DNA from: Bugula neritina
Lineage: Eukaryota > Animalia > Bryozoa
NCBI GenBank assembly: GCA_964035545.1
Contig: OZ037773.1
Coordinates: 10,693,751-10,757,750 of the forward strand
Length of the DNA: 64,000 bases
Reading direction: 5' to 3'
Part shown: piece after piece, positions 1 to 13,700 of the stretch
Position numbering within the stretch: the stretch's first letter is position 1
Layout of the letters: each line of letters opens with the position of its first letter
Translations under genes and position numbers: made by a program
The notes under the pieces: model-generated
What the model was told of the DNA's origin: nothing
What the model saw: the letters and a program-made list of their open reading frames with translations, nothing else
Database searches by the model: none

Positions 1-659
1 AGGATCCTACCAGAAGTGGCCAACTGGAGAAGTAGTTGCTAACAGGTCGTTTGAAGGCCTCACGGTGTCTGGTATGACCTTATTCATTAAATCATCAATT
101 GTAAAGGAAAGGTATTAAAATGAAACTTGCAATAAAGATGCATGTCATTGTTTTATCAAATGCATGGCAGTATGTGGGTATTTAATAAGACAGCAGGGCA
201 AGTGGAGATGAATCTTATATGATATATCACAGTAAGATTGCACAAACTTTACATTGTAGAGGCAGCTAAACTCTCCTCATATATGCACTTCAGAGAAGCA
301 ATGAAACTTCACAAGAAAACTTTGCTCGAAAAAGCAGACCTTGATAAAGCGATAGACTTTATGGATGTGATTGAAGAAGATGTTCCTAAAGGTAAGACAA
401 ATCTAGCATAAGTGAATTATTCAATCTCATTCCATCTAAATATATTGACTCAAGCACTAATACGAGACAGATTATACAACTCATGTCTATGTGTATAGGA
501 TCTTGGAGCATGCAGTTTGAAAGGGGGAGTGGCCTCGTTTCACTAAGATCTCTGCTATGGCAAGGCTATGTGTTCTTCCATGTGCCTGGCACTAGGAAGT
601 TCGGTTCTGTATATTTTGGAAATGGAGAAAAGAATATGGACTTGTGTTTCATGCTGTAA
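1..659 (+). CDS. RSPH9: Radial spoke head protein 9, last three exons (<1-71, 260-391, 499-659); 5' part lies outside the window
   Basis: GT-AG splicing gives ...GSYQKWPTGEVVANRSFEGLTVSEAAKLSSYMHFRE...DVPKGSWSMQFERGSGLVSLRSLLWQGYVFFHVPGTRKFGSVYFGNGEKNMDLCFML*, matching the conserved RSPH9 C-terminus (GSWS..ERG...LRSLLW.G...GEKNMDLPFML). Confidence 0.93.
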
Positions 660-1132
660 CTAGATAGAATGCTGAGTAAGATGGAAATAGCTCGGAATAC
701 TGCAGCAAATGGGAAGACAACTTGAATTGTTAATTACATATAGTGTATTATATGAATAGAAGTTACTTTAGTCTATTCACACTAACTGAGCCTCTGTGAA
801 TATTTATCAACGCATTGCATTTCAAATATCTACCTACTCTTACAAGTATAATTATGCAATTGCTTTTTGTGTTTATATAAATAAATTAAACTATTTGTAA
901 CAGTGAAATATTTCTGCTTTATAAAGAAGGCATTCACAGAGCCATATAATGTTGAACTATTTACATAAAGGTTGAACATATTTATTGGGCTATTCTGAAG
1001 TGAGATGACAAAATAAATACATTTCCCCAACTCCCCACATGCTAGGGACACCCAACAGATATGACTCAATATGAAGAGCATAGAAGTGCTTGTTGGGTAG
1101 AAATATAGACATTAGATAAGAAGTTGTCTCCC

Positions 1133-3663
1133 TTAGAGAATAATACAACAGGTTACCACTTTCTTCTTCTTCTTTCTCACCACCCGGCCTGAAAACAGTA
1201 CTCACAGTGAGTGAATGATGAAACAATACTCACAGTGAGTGAATGAGAAGAGAAACAGTACTCACAGTGAGTAAATGAGAGGAGAAACAGTACTCACAGT
1301 GAGTGAATGATGAAACAGTACTCTCAGTGGGTGAATGATGAAACAATACTCTCAGTGAGTGAATGAGAGGAAAAACAATACTCACAGTGAGTGAATGAGA
1401 GGAGAAACAGTACTCTCAGTGAGTGAATGATGAAACAGTACTCTCAGTGAGTGAATGAGAGGAGAAACAGTACTCTCAGTGAGTGAATGAGAGGAAAAAG
1501 ATAGGGTATTGTTGAGAAAACAGGAGGACAAACAGAGATGGCAGCAAGACTTATAGAGAAACAAAACCAATAAGAATCAACTCATAGTATTGTATAGATC
1601 TACCTTCCATAATATCATTAATTCTGGACTCTACAGCCTCCTGGTGAGGAGATTTGTCGGGTAGAGAACTGTTCTAAAATATACCAGAGTTAGTATATGT
1701 TCTATAGTATACAGTATATTGTATAGTATATGTTCTATAGTATACAGTATATTGTATAGTATATGTTCTATAGTATACAGTATATTGTATAGTATATGTT
1801 CTATAGTATACAGTATATTGTATAGTATATGTTCTATAGTATACAGTATATTGTATAGTATATGTTCTATAGTATACAGTATATTGTATAGTATATGTTC
1901 TATAGTATACAGTATATTGTATAGTATATGTTCTATAGTATGCAGTATATTGTATAGTATATGTTCTATAGTATACAGTATATTGTATAGTATATGTTCT
2001 ATAGTATACAGTATATTGTATAGTATATGTTCCATAGTATACAGTATATTGTATAGTATATGTTCTATAGTATACAGTATATTGTATAGTATATGTTCCA
2101 TAGTATACAGTATATTGTATAGTATATGTTCTATAGTATACAGTATATTGTATAGTATAGAGTATAGACTCTAGTACATAGTATATAATACAGTATAAGA
2201 ATACAGTAGAGTGTAGCTAGTGTAGTAAAGTACATAGTATATAATATAGTATAAGAATACAGTAGAGTGTAGCTAGTGTAGTAAAGTACATAGTATATAA
2301 TATAGTATAAGAATACAGTAGAGTGTAGCTAGTGTAGTAAAGTACATAGTATATAATACAGTATAAGAATACAGTAGAGTGTAGCTAGTGTAGTAAAGTA
2401 CACAGTATATAATATAGTATAAGAATACAGTAGAGTGTAGCTAGTGTAGTAAAGTACATAGTATATAATATAGTATAAGAATACAGTAGAGTGTAGCTAG
2501 TGTAGTAAAGTACACAGTATATAATAAAGTATAAGAATACAGTAAAGTGTAGCTAGTGTAGTAAAGTACACAGTATATAATATAGTATAAGAATACAGTA
2601 GAGTGTAGCTAGTGTAGTAAAGTACATAGTATATAATATAGTATAAGAATACAGTAGAGTGTAGCTAGTGTAGTAAAGTACATAACACATAAAACTTACT
2701 TTTGAATCACTTCTGAGAGCAAAGTTTTGTCGGATTACTGCAGTTCGGGAAAATACTGTAAGTACATAAAGAATACTGCAAGTATATAGAGAGAATACTG
2801 TAAGTACAGAGAGAATACTGTAAGTACAGAGAGAATACTGTAAGTATATAGAGGGAATACTGTAAGTATATAGAGAGAATACTGTAAGTATATATATAGA
2901 GAATACGGTAAGTATATATAGAGAGAATACTGTAAGTATATAGAGAGCATACTGTAAGTATATATAGAGAATACTGTAAGTATATAGAGAGAATACTGTA
3001 AGTATATAGAGAAAACTGTAAGTATATAGAGAGAGAATACTGTAAGTGAATTAAGAAGACACTAACTCTGCTCTTCAGGTTTCTGTTGTATCTCCCCATT
3101 TTCTTCATCCAAGACTAAATCATGAAACGAGATAGTAAGTTAGTGAGGATGTTGATAGGAGTAAGTATTAACAGAGTAAGTATAGACAGAGTAAGTACAT
3201 ATAGAGTAAGTACAGACAGAGTAAGTATTACAGAGTAAGTATATACAGAGTAAGTACATATAAAGTAAGTATAGACAGAGTAAGTATATACAGAGTAAGT
3301 ATATAGTGAGAGTAAGTATATACAGAGTAAGTATAGGCAGAGTGAGTACATATAGAGTAAGTACAGACAGAGTAAGTATTACAGAGTAAGTATATACAGA
3401 GTAAGTACATATAGAGTAAGTACAGACAGAGTAAGTATATACAGAGTAAGTATATAGTGAGAGTAAGTATATACAGAGTAAGTACCTTCACCGAGGAGAG
3501 GGAGCTGGGCAGCTGATGAGGTAATCTTGGAATGAGTGGCGTGTAGCGGCCATTTCTCATTTGCCGCGAAGAAGGGGGTGTCGGAGGAGCGCGGCTCGAT
3601 GGTTCTCCCCGAAGACTGCAACTTCTCGGGACGACGCAGACTGGACTGTGAAGCATTTTTCAT
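1133..3663 (-). CDS. Small orphan protein ending in polybasic + CaaX tail; exons approx 3663-3486, 3114-3066, 2755-2700, 1673-1603, 1188-1133
   Basis: Five AG/GT-bounded exons join in phase: MKNASQSSLRRPEKLQ...|VLDEENGEIQQKPEEQ|IFSRTAVIRQNFALRSDSK|NSSLPDKSPHQEAVESRINDIME|GRVVRKKKKKVVTCCIIL*. Start codon uncertain. Confidence 0.65.
1190..1495. repeat. Intronic minisatellite, 28-31 bp unit
   Basis: AAACAGTACTCWCAGTGAGTGAATGA repeated; ends at the acceptor of the CaaX exon. Confidence 0.9.
1693..2685. repeat. Two adjacent intronic arrays: 33 bp x ~14 (1693-2160) and 56 bp x ~9 (2174-2685)
   Basis: TAGTATATGTTCTATAGTATACAGTATATTGTA; GTACATAGTATATAATAYAGTATAAGAATACAGTAGAGTGTAGCTAGTGTAGTAAA. Confidence 0.95.
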
Positions 3664-3805
3664 GAGGAAGAGATGGATATGAGAAGGCAGCACAGAGAAT
3701 GTGAGGTAGAGATGGATATGAGAAGGCAGCACAGAGAATGTGAGGTAGAGATGGATATGAGAAGGCAGCACAGAGAATGTGAGGAAGAGATGGATATGAG
3801 AAGGA
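2752..3805. repeat. Three arrays: ~22 bp (2752-3047), ~18-20 bp (3160-3485), 40 bp (3668-3805)
   Basis: GAGAATACTGTAAGTATATA; AGAGTAAGTATAKAC; AGATGGATATGAGAAGGCAGCACAGAGAATGTGAGG. Confidence 0.9.
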
Positions 3806-4759
3806 ATCTGCTACAAACACTTCAGTGATTATAATAATAGAGTTTAGTCACACGAGACTGTTGTACAGGACGTCATAACACAACTCACTGTTTGGAGTTA
3901 TGTACTCAAGTCTAAATTATTCTTATCACTACAAACAACGAGACAGTCAATAATCTGATGATACATTTATATATTTACATTGTATAAACTGTGCATAGAA
4001 TATTATAGACTGTTACATGATCAAAATACAGGAGACATAGAGCACACAACTCCTTTTTACTATCAACTAATAAATATAGACACTATTCTAAACAAACACA
4101 TGTTGTAACCTTATATATGTATATGTATATATAACTATATGTATGTATATGTATATATAACTATATGTATATGTATTATGTATATATAGCTATATGTATG
4201 TATATGTATATATAACTATATGTATGTATATGTATATATAACTATATGTATATGTATTATGTATATATAACTATATGTATGTATATGTATTATGTATATA
4301 TAACTGCATGTATGTATGTATACATGTGCATGCATATAAGTATGTACTATATATGTGGTGTGTATAATGTACTGCACAAATGTTATTTGACGACAGCTGC
4401 ACTTTGATTGGCTAAATAATCTTAGCTAACATCAGAGCTGTGATATAATTGGCTAATGAATGGGCCAGCCCACTACTACAGATCATGTTGGCAAATAATG
4501 AATAAAAAACTATTACAAAAATACACTTTCTATAGCTATCAGGCCCAGCCTTAGCAGTTATAGAACAAGTAGTAACAGCCTCTCTACACACTGTATATAA
4601 ATTAGAATAGTTTTTAGCTTAGAGTTATCTTCTATTTTGTGGAATGTGCAATGTCCAGTGTATTTGATTGAATTGCAAAGACTTAAACCTCTGTTTGATT
4701 TAGTCAGTTAAAACTCCATATTGAATGCCTGTCATATATCACTTAGGGTTGTCTCCTCC

Positions 4760-7700
4760 TCATACGTTGCTAGAGAAAGAAGCCAGGTTAACTTCACACA
4801 TGGGGCCACCAAATCCTGCCAGACAAGTACACGTAGCTACGGGGTGGTTACCAGACGCCCCTCTCCTACACGTGCCACCATTCATGCACTCCACGTCAAA
4901 GGTGCAGCGAACTGCAGTGAGAATAATACAGTACTAGCTAGAAGGTGAACTGCAGTGAGAATAATACAGTACTTGCTAGAAGGTGAACTGCAGGTAGTTG
5001 TGAGTGTAATGTAGGTTATAAGAGGTGATGGTACTGCACACTTACATTGCTCACACCTGCGTCCAGCTGTATACGGAGGTCTACACAGACAGACGGCTCC
5101 CAGACACTGGTTCACGCAAGTCCCGCCATTCAAACAACCTCCCTGCTCCGAGCAAAAGTCTTTCTGGAAACCCCTTGGACCTGCAATAATCAGTACAGTA
5201 TGTATATAGTAACAGTACTACTATGAGTATGGATATAGTAACAGTACTACTATGAGTATGGATATAGTAACAGTACTACTATGAGTATGTATATAGTAAC
5301 AGTACTACTATGAGTATGCATATAGTAACAGTACTAGTATGAGTATGGATATAGTAACAGTACTACTATGAGTATGTATATAGTAACAGTACTACTATGA
5401 GTATGTATATAGTAACAGTACTACTATGAGTATGTATATAGTAACAGTACTACTATGAGTATGGATATAGTAACAGTACTACTATGAGTATGTATATAGT
5501 AACAGTACTACTATGAGTATGGATATAGTAATAGTACTACTATGAGTATGGATATAGTAACAGTACTACTATGAGTATGGATATAGTAACAGTACTACTA
5601 TGAGTATAGATATAGTAACAGTACTACTATGAGTATGTATATAGTAACAGTACTACTATGAGTATGGATATAGTAACAGTACTACTATGAGTATGTATAT
5701 AGTAACAGTACTACTATGAGTATGGATATAGTAACAGTACTACTATGAGTATGTATATAGTAACAGTACTACTATGAGTATGTATATAGTAACAGTACTA
5801 GTATGAGTATGGATATAGTAACAGTACTACTATGAGTATGGATATAGTAACAGTACTACTATGAGTATGGATATAGTAACAGTACTACTATGAGTATGGA
5901 TATAGTAACAGTACTACTATGAGTATGGATATAGTAACAGTACTACTATGAGTATGGATATAGTAACAGTACTACTATGAGTATGGATATAGTAACAGTA
6001 CTACTATGAGTATGTATATAGTAACAGTACTACTATGAGTATGTATATAGTAACAGTACTAGTATGAGTATGGATATAGTAACAGTACTACTATGAGTAT
6101 GTATATAGTAACAGTACTACTATGAGTATGGATATAGTAACAGTACTAGTATGAGTATGGATATAGTAACAGTACTACTATGAGTATGTATATAGTAACA
6201 GTACTACTATGAGTATGTATATAGTAACAGTACTACTATGAGTATGTATATAGTAACAGTACTAGTATGAGTATGGATATAGTAACAGTACTACTATGAG
6301 TATGTATATAGTAACAGTACTACTATGAGTATGTATATAGTAACAGTACTACTATGAGTATGTATATAGTAACAGTACTACTATGAGTATGGATATAGTA
6401 ACAGTACTAGTATGAGTATGGATATAGTATAAGATACTAACAAGGATCTCCAAGACGGAACTTGCCACTCCTGTCCACAGTAGCGACTGGAGAGCTCAGT
6501 GAGAGTGAGCGAGCAGAGTTACGAGAGAAGATAACCTGACTGACCCCCCTGGAGTTGAGAGACACAGCGACTGGTCTGATTGGCTGACGACTGGACTGCC
6601 TAGAGGAAGTGCCAGGAAGTGCTACGCCCACTGGACTGACACCTGATTGGTTGTCCTCCGCAAACTCCACCCCTGGTGGTGGCACTTCATCTCGGGGGTT
6701 TGTGCCCCTATTTTGACTAATAGTCTGAGAGAATGGAACTGCACCACGAGGTTGGGGGAGGATGGGCCCCGTCTCATCAATATCATCATTAACAAGAGGG
6801 GCAACTCCATCCACTGGCACAATTCTCTACAGAATCAGTATATGTACTATATACAGTATAATATATACTATACAGTATAATATGTACTTATATACAGTAT
6901 AATATGTACTATACAGTATAATATATACTATATACAGTATAATATGTACTATACAGTATAATATATACTATACAGTATAATATGTACTATACAGTATAAT
7001 ATGTACTATACAGTATAATATGTACTATACAGTATAATATATACTATACAGTATAATATATACTATACAGTATAATATATACTATACAGTATAATATATA
7101 CTATATAGTATGATATGTACTATATACAGTATAATATGTACTATACAGTATAATATGTACTATACAGTATAATATGTACTATACAGTATAATATGTACTA
7201 TACAGTATAATATGTACTATACAGTATAATATGTACTATACAGTATAATATGTACTATACAGTATAATATGTACTATACAGTATAATATATACTATACAG
7301 TATAATACATACTATACAGTATAATATATACTATACAGTATAATATGTACTATACAGTATAATATGTACTATACAGTATAATATATACATACCCGTCTAT
7401 CAATTCTTCGTCTGCTGACTGGAGAGCTACAAAATATAAATGATATATAATACACACAGCATGTACTGAATACACACAGCATGTACTGAATACACACAGC
7501 ATGTACTGTTGATACTCTGGAAGGTAAGTAAGCACGGTATTACAGCAGTACGTAGTCATAGATACTCTGGAAGGTAAGTAAGCACGGTATTACAGCAGTA
7601 CGAGGTCTCACCTGTTTGTAGCCCGAGTTCTAGCTGTGTTAGTAGCTGCAGGAACTGCGGGTCGGCTGTTCTGCACTCCAACAGGCGCTGGGGAAGCCGC

Positions 7701-10700
7701 AGAGGTTCCTCTAAACGCGGGCACTGCGGGAGGTGAGCGTGGGCCCAGTACACCGCCTATAGCTGAGGGTTCTACAATCAGTACACTGCCTATAGCTGAG
7801 AGTTCTACAATCAGTACACTGCCTATAGCTGAGGGTTCTACAATCAGTACACTGCCTATGGCTGAGGGTTCTACAATCAGTACACTGCCTATGGCTGAGG
7901 GTTCTACAATCAGTACACTGCCTATGGCTGAGGGTTCTACAATCAGTACACTGGCTGAATTGTGAGTTAACAGAATAAGGTGAAGTCTATGCAAGATGAG
8001 TTAACAGAATAAGGTGAAATCTCACCTCTTTTTGTACAATCAAATCCAGAGTAGCCTGGGGCACATTTACACCAACAGAGGTTTCCTTGAGTGGACACGG
8101 TACCCCCGTTCCGACAAGTACCTACAGAAACAGAGAACTGAGGCTACAGCTGCTCTGTAACACTAAGAGGTATTCTAGTATATAATATACAAGGGAGGAG
8201 GCAACTCTCACCACTATTCTCATAGAGTCGTTTACATGTTGGTTGACCGTCAGCATCGAATCCTTTTCTTGTGCAGTCAAACTGTTTGGTGCTGTCCGTG
8301 TACATCTCTATAGCATATCGTATTATAGTAATATGGTATTATAGCATATGGTACATAGTAATATAATACAATATAATAGAATAATATAAAAGAGACAAGT
8401 AAGTGGAGAGAAGAGATCCAGAAGAAGAGGAAGTGAGAGAACGTGAGACATGTTGGTGACAAATTACTTGTCAATGAGTCATGTTGGCTGATTATTGTCA
8501 GTTTGGCAGAAGAATATTCCAGTTGGCCAACTCTGTGTTCAGTATCTTTCTAGTGTCTAGTATCTTTCTAGTCTCTAGTGTCTAGTATCTCTCTAGTGTC
8601 TAGTGTCTAGTATCTCTCTAGTATCTCTCTAGTATCTAGTGTCTAGTATCTCTCTAGTCTCTAGTATCTCTCTAGTGTCTAGTATCTCTCTAGTCTCTAG
8701 TGTCTAGTATATAGTATCTTTCTAGTCTCTAGTGTCTAGTATATAGTATCTTTCTAGTCTCTAGTGTCTAGTATATAGTATCTTTCTAGTCTCTAGTGTC
8801 TAGTATATAGTATCTTTCTAGTGTCTAGTGTCTAGTATATAGTATCTTTCTAGTGTCTAGTATATAGTATCTTTCTAGTGTCTAGTGTCTAGTATATAGT
8901 ATCTTTCTAGTGTCTAGTGTCTAGTATATAGTATCTTTCTAGTCTCTAGTGTCTAGTATATAGTATCTTTCTAGTCTCTAGTGTCTAGTATATAGTATCT
9001 TTCTAGTGTCTAGTGTCTAGTATATAGTATCTTTCTAGTCTCTAGTGTCTAGTATATAGTATCTTTCTAGTGTCTAGTGTCTAGTATATAGTATCTTTCT
9101 AGTCTCTAGTGTCTAGTATATAGTATCTTTCTAGTGTCTAGTGTCTAGTATATAGTATCTTTCTAGTCTCTAGTGTCTAGTATATAGTATCTTTCTAGTC
9201 TCTAGTGTCTAGTATATAGTATATGTAGTATATAGAGTATAGTATACAAAGTATAAGTCTATAGAATATATAACAGTAGTATACTATACATGAGAGTATA
9301 AGGTTTAGACGTCACTTTTATTCAACTCATTTGTCATTTTCATAAAACAACCACCAAAAGACGAATACAACCAATAGAGAGTAAATAACATTTACTTTCC
9401 TAATTAATATGTAAATTCAAATTTTAATTAATTTATTTATTCGGATTGTTGAAAGTGGTGACCACAGCTATTAGCGTGTAATTTATTTCATACGTTATGT
9501 AACATCACAGGTAAACACTTCAGGTAAACGGTTTGACCTCACCAACCTAATCCTATGACGGATGGATGAGTTTATGGCCACCAGTTGATGTGTCGTGAGA
9601 TATTATATAATAATGACATAATAATTACCTGTACAGGGGTTGTAGTTGTCCCCCTCAAAGAACTCAGAAATATACGTCTGTAGCCCACACTGTCTGGCCA
9701 CTGGGCGGCTGGAGGTACATTCCCAGTACATGCACTTAGTCTGCTGGTCACTGATGAACCTAATCTGCGATATGTACTGCTATATTATATACTATGTACT
9801 GCTATATTATACACTATGTACTGCTATATTATATACTATGTACTGCTATATTATACACTATATACTGCTATATTATACACTATACACTGCTATATTATAC
9901 ACTATGTACTGCTATATTATACACTATATACTGCTATATTATACACTATGTACTGCTATATTATACACTATATACTGCTATATTATACACTATGTACTGC
10001 TATATTATACACTATGTACTGCTATATTATACACTATGTACTGCTATATTATACACTATGTACTGCTATATTATACACTACGTACTGCTATATTATACAC
10101 TATGTACTGCTATATTATACACTATGTACTGCTATATTATACACTATATACTGCTATATTATACACTATATACTGCTATATTATACACTATGTACTGCTA
10201 TATTATACACTATATACTGCTATATCATACACTATTTACTGCTATATTATACATTATACACTGCTATATTTCCCCAATGAAGTAGAAATAAGAAATTTAA
10301 AGAACTTGGACCATCTTAATTTCTCCACTACTGCTCCTATATGCTCCCAATGTTACTTCTGCAATTTTGCAACCTCCGTCTATTCTTTGAAGAAATGCTT
10401 ATGCCTGTGTGATCAGCTGTGATTGGCCAGTAGTGTTGATTAAAACTGCATATTTCACATGTTCCTGCTTTCGACAATAGTGTTATTGTTGATTGTCATA
10501 TTATGGCATATAATGGGAATAGCTTCTTGGATTTTATTGTAATATATAAGAAAATAATATAATTCCAGGGATTACTCCAACACCATTTCCTTTGAGACGG
10601 TCACGTCTACATGCCGCAGTTCATACTTGGCATATTTTATAAAGAGAATGAGTGTAGAGTGATATACTGTAGAGTAGTATACTGTAGAGTGATATACTGT

Positions 10701-13700
10701 AGAGTGATATACTGTAGAGTGATATACTGTAGAGTGATATACTGTAAAGTGATATACTGTAGAGTGATATACTGTAGAGTGATTACTGTAGAGAGATATA
10801 CTGTAGAGTGATATACTGTAGAGTGATATACTGTAGAGTGATATACTGTAGAGTGATATACTGTAGAGTTATATACTGTAGAGTTATATACTGTAGTGAT
10901 ATACTGTAGAGTGATATACTGTAGAGTGATATACTGTAGAGTGATATACTGTAGAGTGATATACTGTAGAGTGATATACTGTAGAGTGATATACTGTAGA
11001 GAGATATACCGTAGAGTGATGTACCGTAGAGTGATATACTGTAGAGTGATATACTGTAGAGTGATATACTGTAGAGTGGTATACTGTAGAGTGATATACT
11101 GTAGAGTGATATACTGTAGATTGATTTACTGTGGAGAGATATATATTAATCAACTGACTAATCAATTAATTATTTAACACCTCCTAAAATTAAAAACAAC
11201 CTGAAATATTAATATAAATTAGGCTAATAATAGATGCACTACATAATAATATTGTCAATCTTTTTGCCTGTTTTTCTGAGCAGTAGAACTCCTGGAGAGA
11301 TTGAGAGTGGATAGAGTAGGTAGAGGTACACTGAGAGTAGGTAGAGGTACGCTGAGAGTAGGTAGAGGTACACTGAGAGTAGGTAGAGGTACACTGAGAG
11401 TAGGTAGAGGTACACTGAGGGTAGGTAGAGGTACACTGAGGGTAGGTAGAGGTACACTGAGGGTAGGTAGAGGTACACTGAGAGTAGGTAGAGGTACACT
11501 GAGGGTAGGTAGAGGTACATTGAGAGTAGGTAGAGGTACACTGAGAGTAGGTAGAGGTACACTGAGAGTGGGTAGAGGTACACTGAGAGTAGGTAGAGGT
11601 ACACTGAGAGTAGGTAGAGGTACACTGAGAGTAGGTAGTGGTACACTGAGAGTAGGTAGAGTAGGTAGAGGTACACTGAGAGTAGGTAGAGGTACACTGA
11701 GAGTAGGTAGAGGTACACTGAGAGTAGGTAGAGGTACACTGAGAGTGGATAGAGTAGGTAGAGGTACACTGAGAGTAGGTAGAGATACACTGAGAGTAGG
11801 TAGAGATACACTGAGAGCAGGTAGAGGTACACTGAGAGTGGGTAGAGGTACATTGAGAGTAGGTAGAGGTACACTGAGAGTAGGTAGAGGTACACTGAGA
11901 GTAGGTAGAGGTACACTGAGAGTGGGTAGAGGTACACTGAGAGTAGGTAGAGGTACACTGAGAGTAGGTAGAGGTACACTGAGAGTGGGTAGAGGTACAC
12001 TGAGAGTAGGTAGAGTAGATATATTACTACAACAATGACTAGAGAGAGGAATAGAATGTTACAAGTATCAGGTTAGGTGTGACATGAGGGGAGTGAGACT
12101 TGAAAGGAGTGAGACTTGAGAGGAATGAGACTTGAGAGTGAGACTTGAGAGTGAGACTTGAGAGGAGTGAGACTTGAGAGGAGTGAGACTTGAGAGGAGT
12201 GAGACTTGAGAGGAGTGAGACTTGAGAGTGAGACTTGAGAGGAGTGAGACTTGAGAGTGAGACTTGAGAGTGAGACTTGAGAGGAGTGAGACTTGAGAGG
12301 AGTGAGACTTGAGAGGAGTGAGACTTGAGAGGAGTGAGACTTGAGAGGAGTGAGACTTGAGAGTGAGACTTGAGAGGAGTGAGACTTGAGAGTGAGACTT
12401 GAGAGTGAGACTTGAGAGGAGTGAGACTTGAGAGGAATGAGACGTGCAGATGAAAGAATGCACTAAAAGCTTCCACTACTAAAAATTTGAAAAAGAAACT
12501 TATTTTCCACTTTCTATTTTTAAATATCTATTTATATGTGACAATTAATTGCAACGAGTGTGAATAATTGGTTGATTAATTGGTTGTATCTCCTGAACCG
12601 TCTTAGCATTACATCAACATATCATATAGCTATACCATATCATATAGTATATCATATCATATAGTTATATCATATCATATAGTATATCATATCATATAGC
12701 TATACCATATCATATAGTATATCATATCATATAGCTATACCATATCATATAGTATATCATATATAGTATATCATATCATATAGTTACATCATATCATATA
12801 GTTATAGGACGCACAGACAGACACACAGACAGACAGATAGCAGTTGGGTGTTGACGCAGTAACAGGTAATAATTAGCTGAGAGACGTTGTGGTAAACATG
12901 ACACAAGTCAACTCATTTGCTTTTTAATTTATTTATACAACTTGAAACATTATTAATTAAATAAACTACACAATAAATTACCAGTGCAGAAGAAAATATA
13001 AATTACTGCTACACAAAATGCCTAATTTATTTTCACACTTAGTAAAACTTCCACCCAAAAGCTACCTGGTGACAACTGCATTAGCAGCTAATATGACGGA
13101 AACTCATTCATTTTTGTTTAATTAATTTTACACCTTGAAGCAAACTTAATGTAACAATTTGCAGAGTAAATTGAAAATATAAAAAATGGATGAGCCAGAG
13201 TTGTACTGAAGTTAGGAATAAATATCCACCCATAAGATTGATAGGCTGAGGTGAAGTCATTAGGCTGACATGCAATTAGTGAAAACTAATTCACACACAT
13301 CATGCAGCAGGTTGCTGGCAGGTGATTTACTTTCTTAGCTTAAATTAAATTATCAATAACTAATAAATAGATGGCTTAATTTGTTGTCTAGAAGATAGTA
13401 GAGCGAGCTGCACTTAGACCAGACCTGACCAACCATTTGTTAGGATTAATGGTGGAGAAGATGACTTGCAATTCTCCCAGACCAGACCAGGTTGAAGGAC
13501 CGGGACACAAGCTGTCATGGTTAATTATATTTAGATTGTGCTAAGTTGAGTAGCATGAAGCAGAGAAAACATTCTGGAGAATGTCAGAGTTTCTCATACA
13601 GGAAGTTGTTGTGTGAGAAGTCAAAGAATTTAAAGATACAAAATATTTACATACTTTCTAATAGTGAGAAATACTTTCTAATAGTGAGAATTACTTTCCA

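Noticed and set aside
5197-6427. Regular 28-37 bp repeats resembling CRISPR arrays
   Set aside because: Units are head-to-tail with no unique spacers, there are no cas genes, and the context is eukaryotic introns.
12806-12875. ACAG microsatellite suggestive of a Helentron/DINE-like element
   Set aside because: No subterminal inverted repeats or 3' hairpin could be identified.
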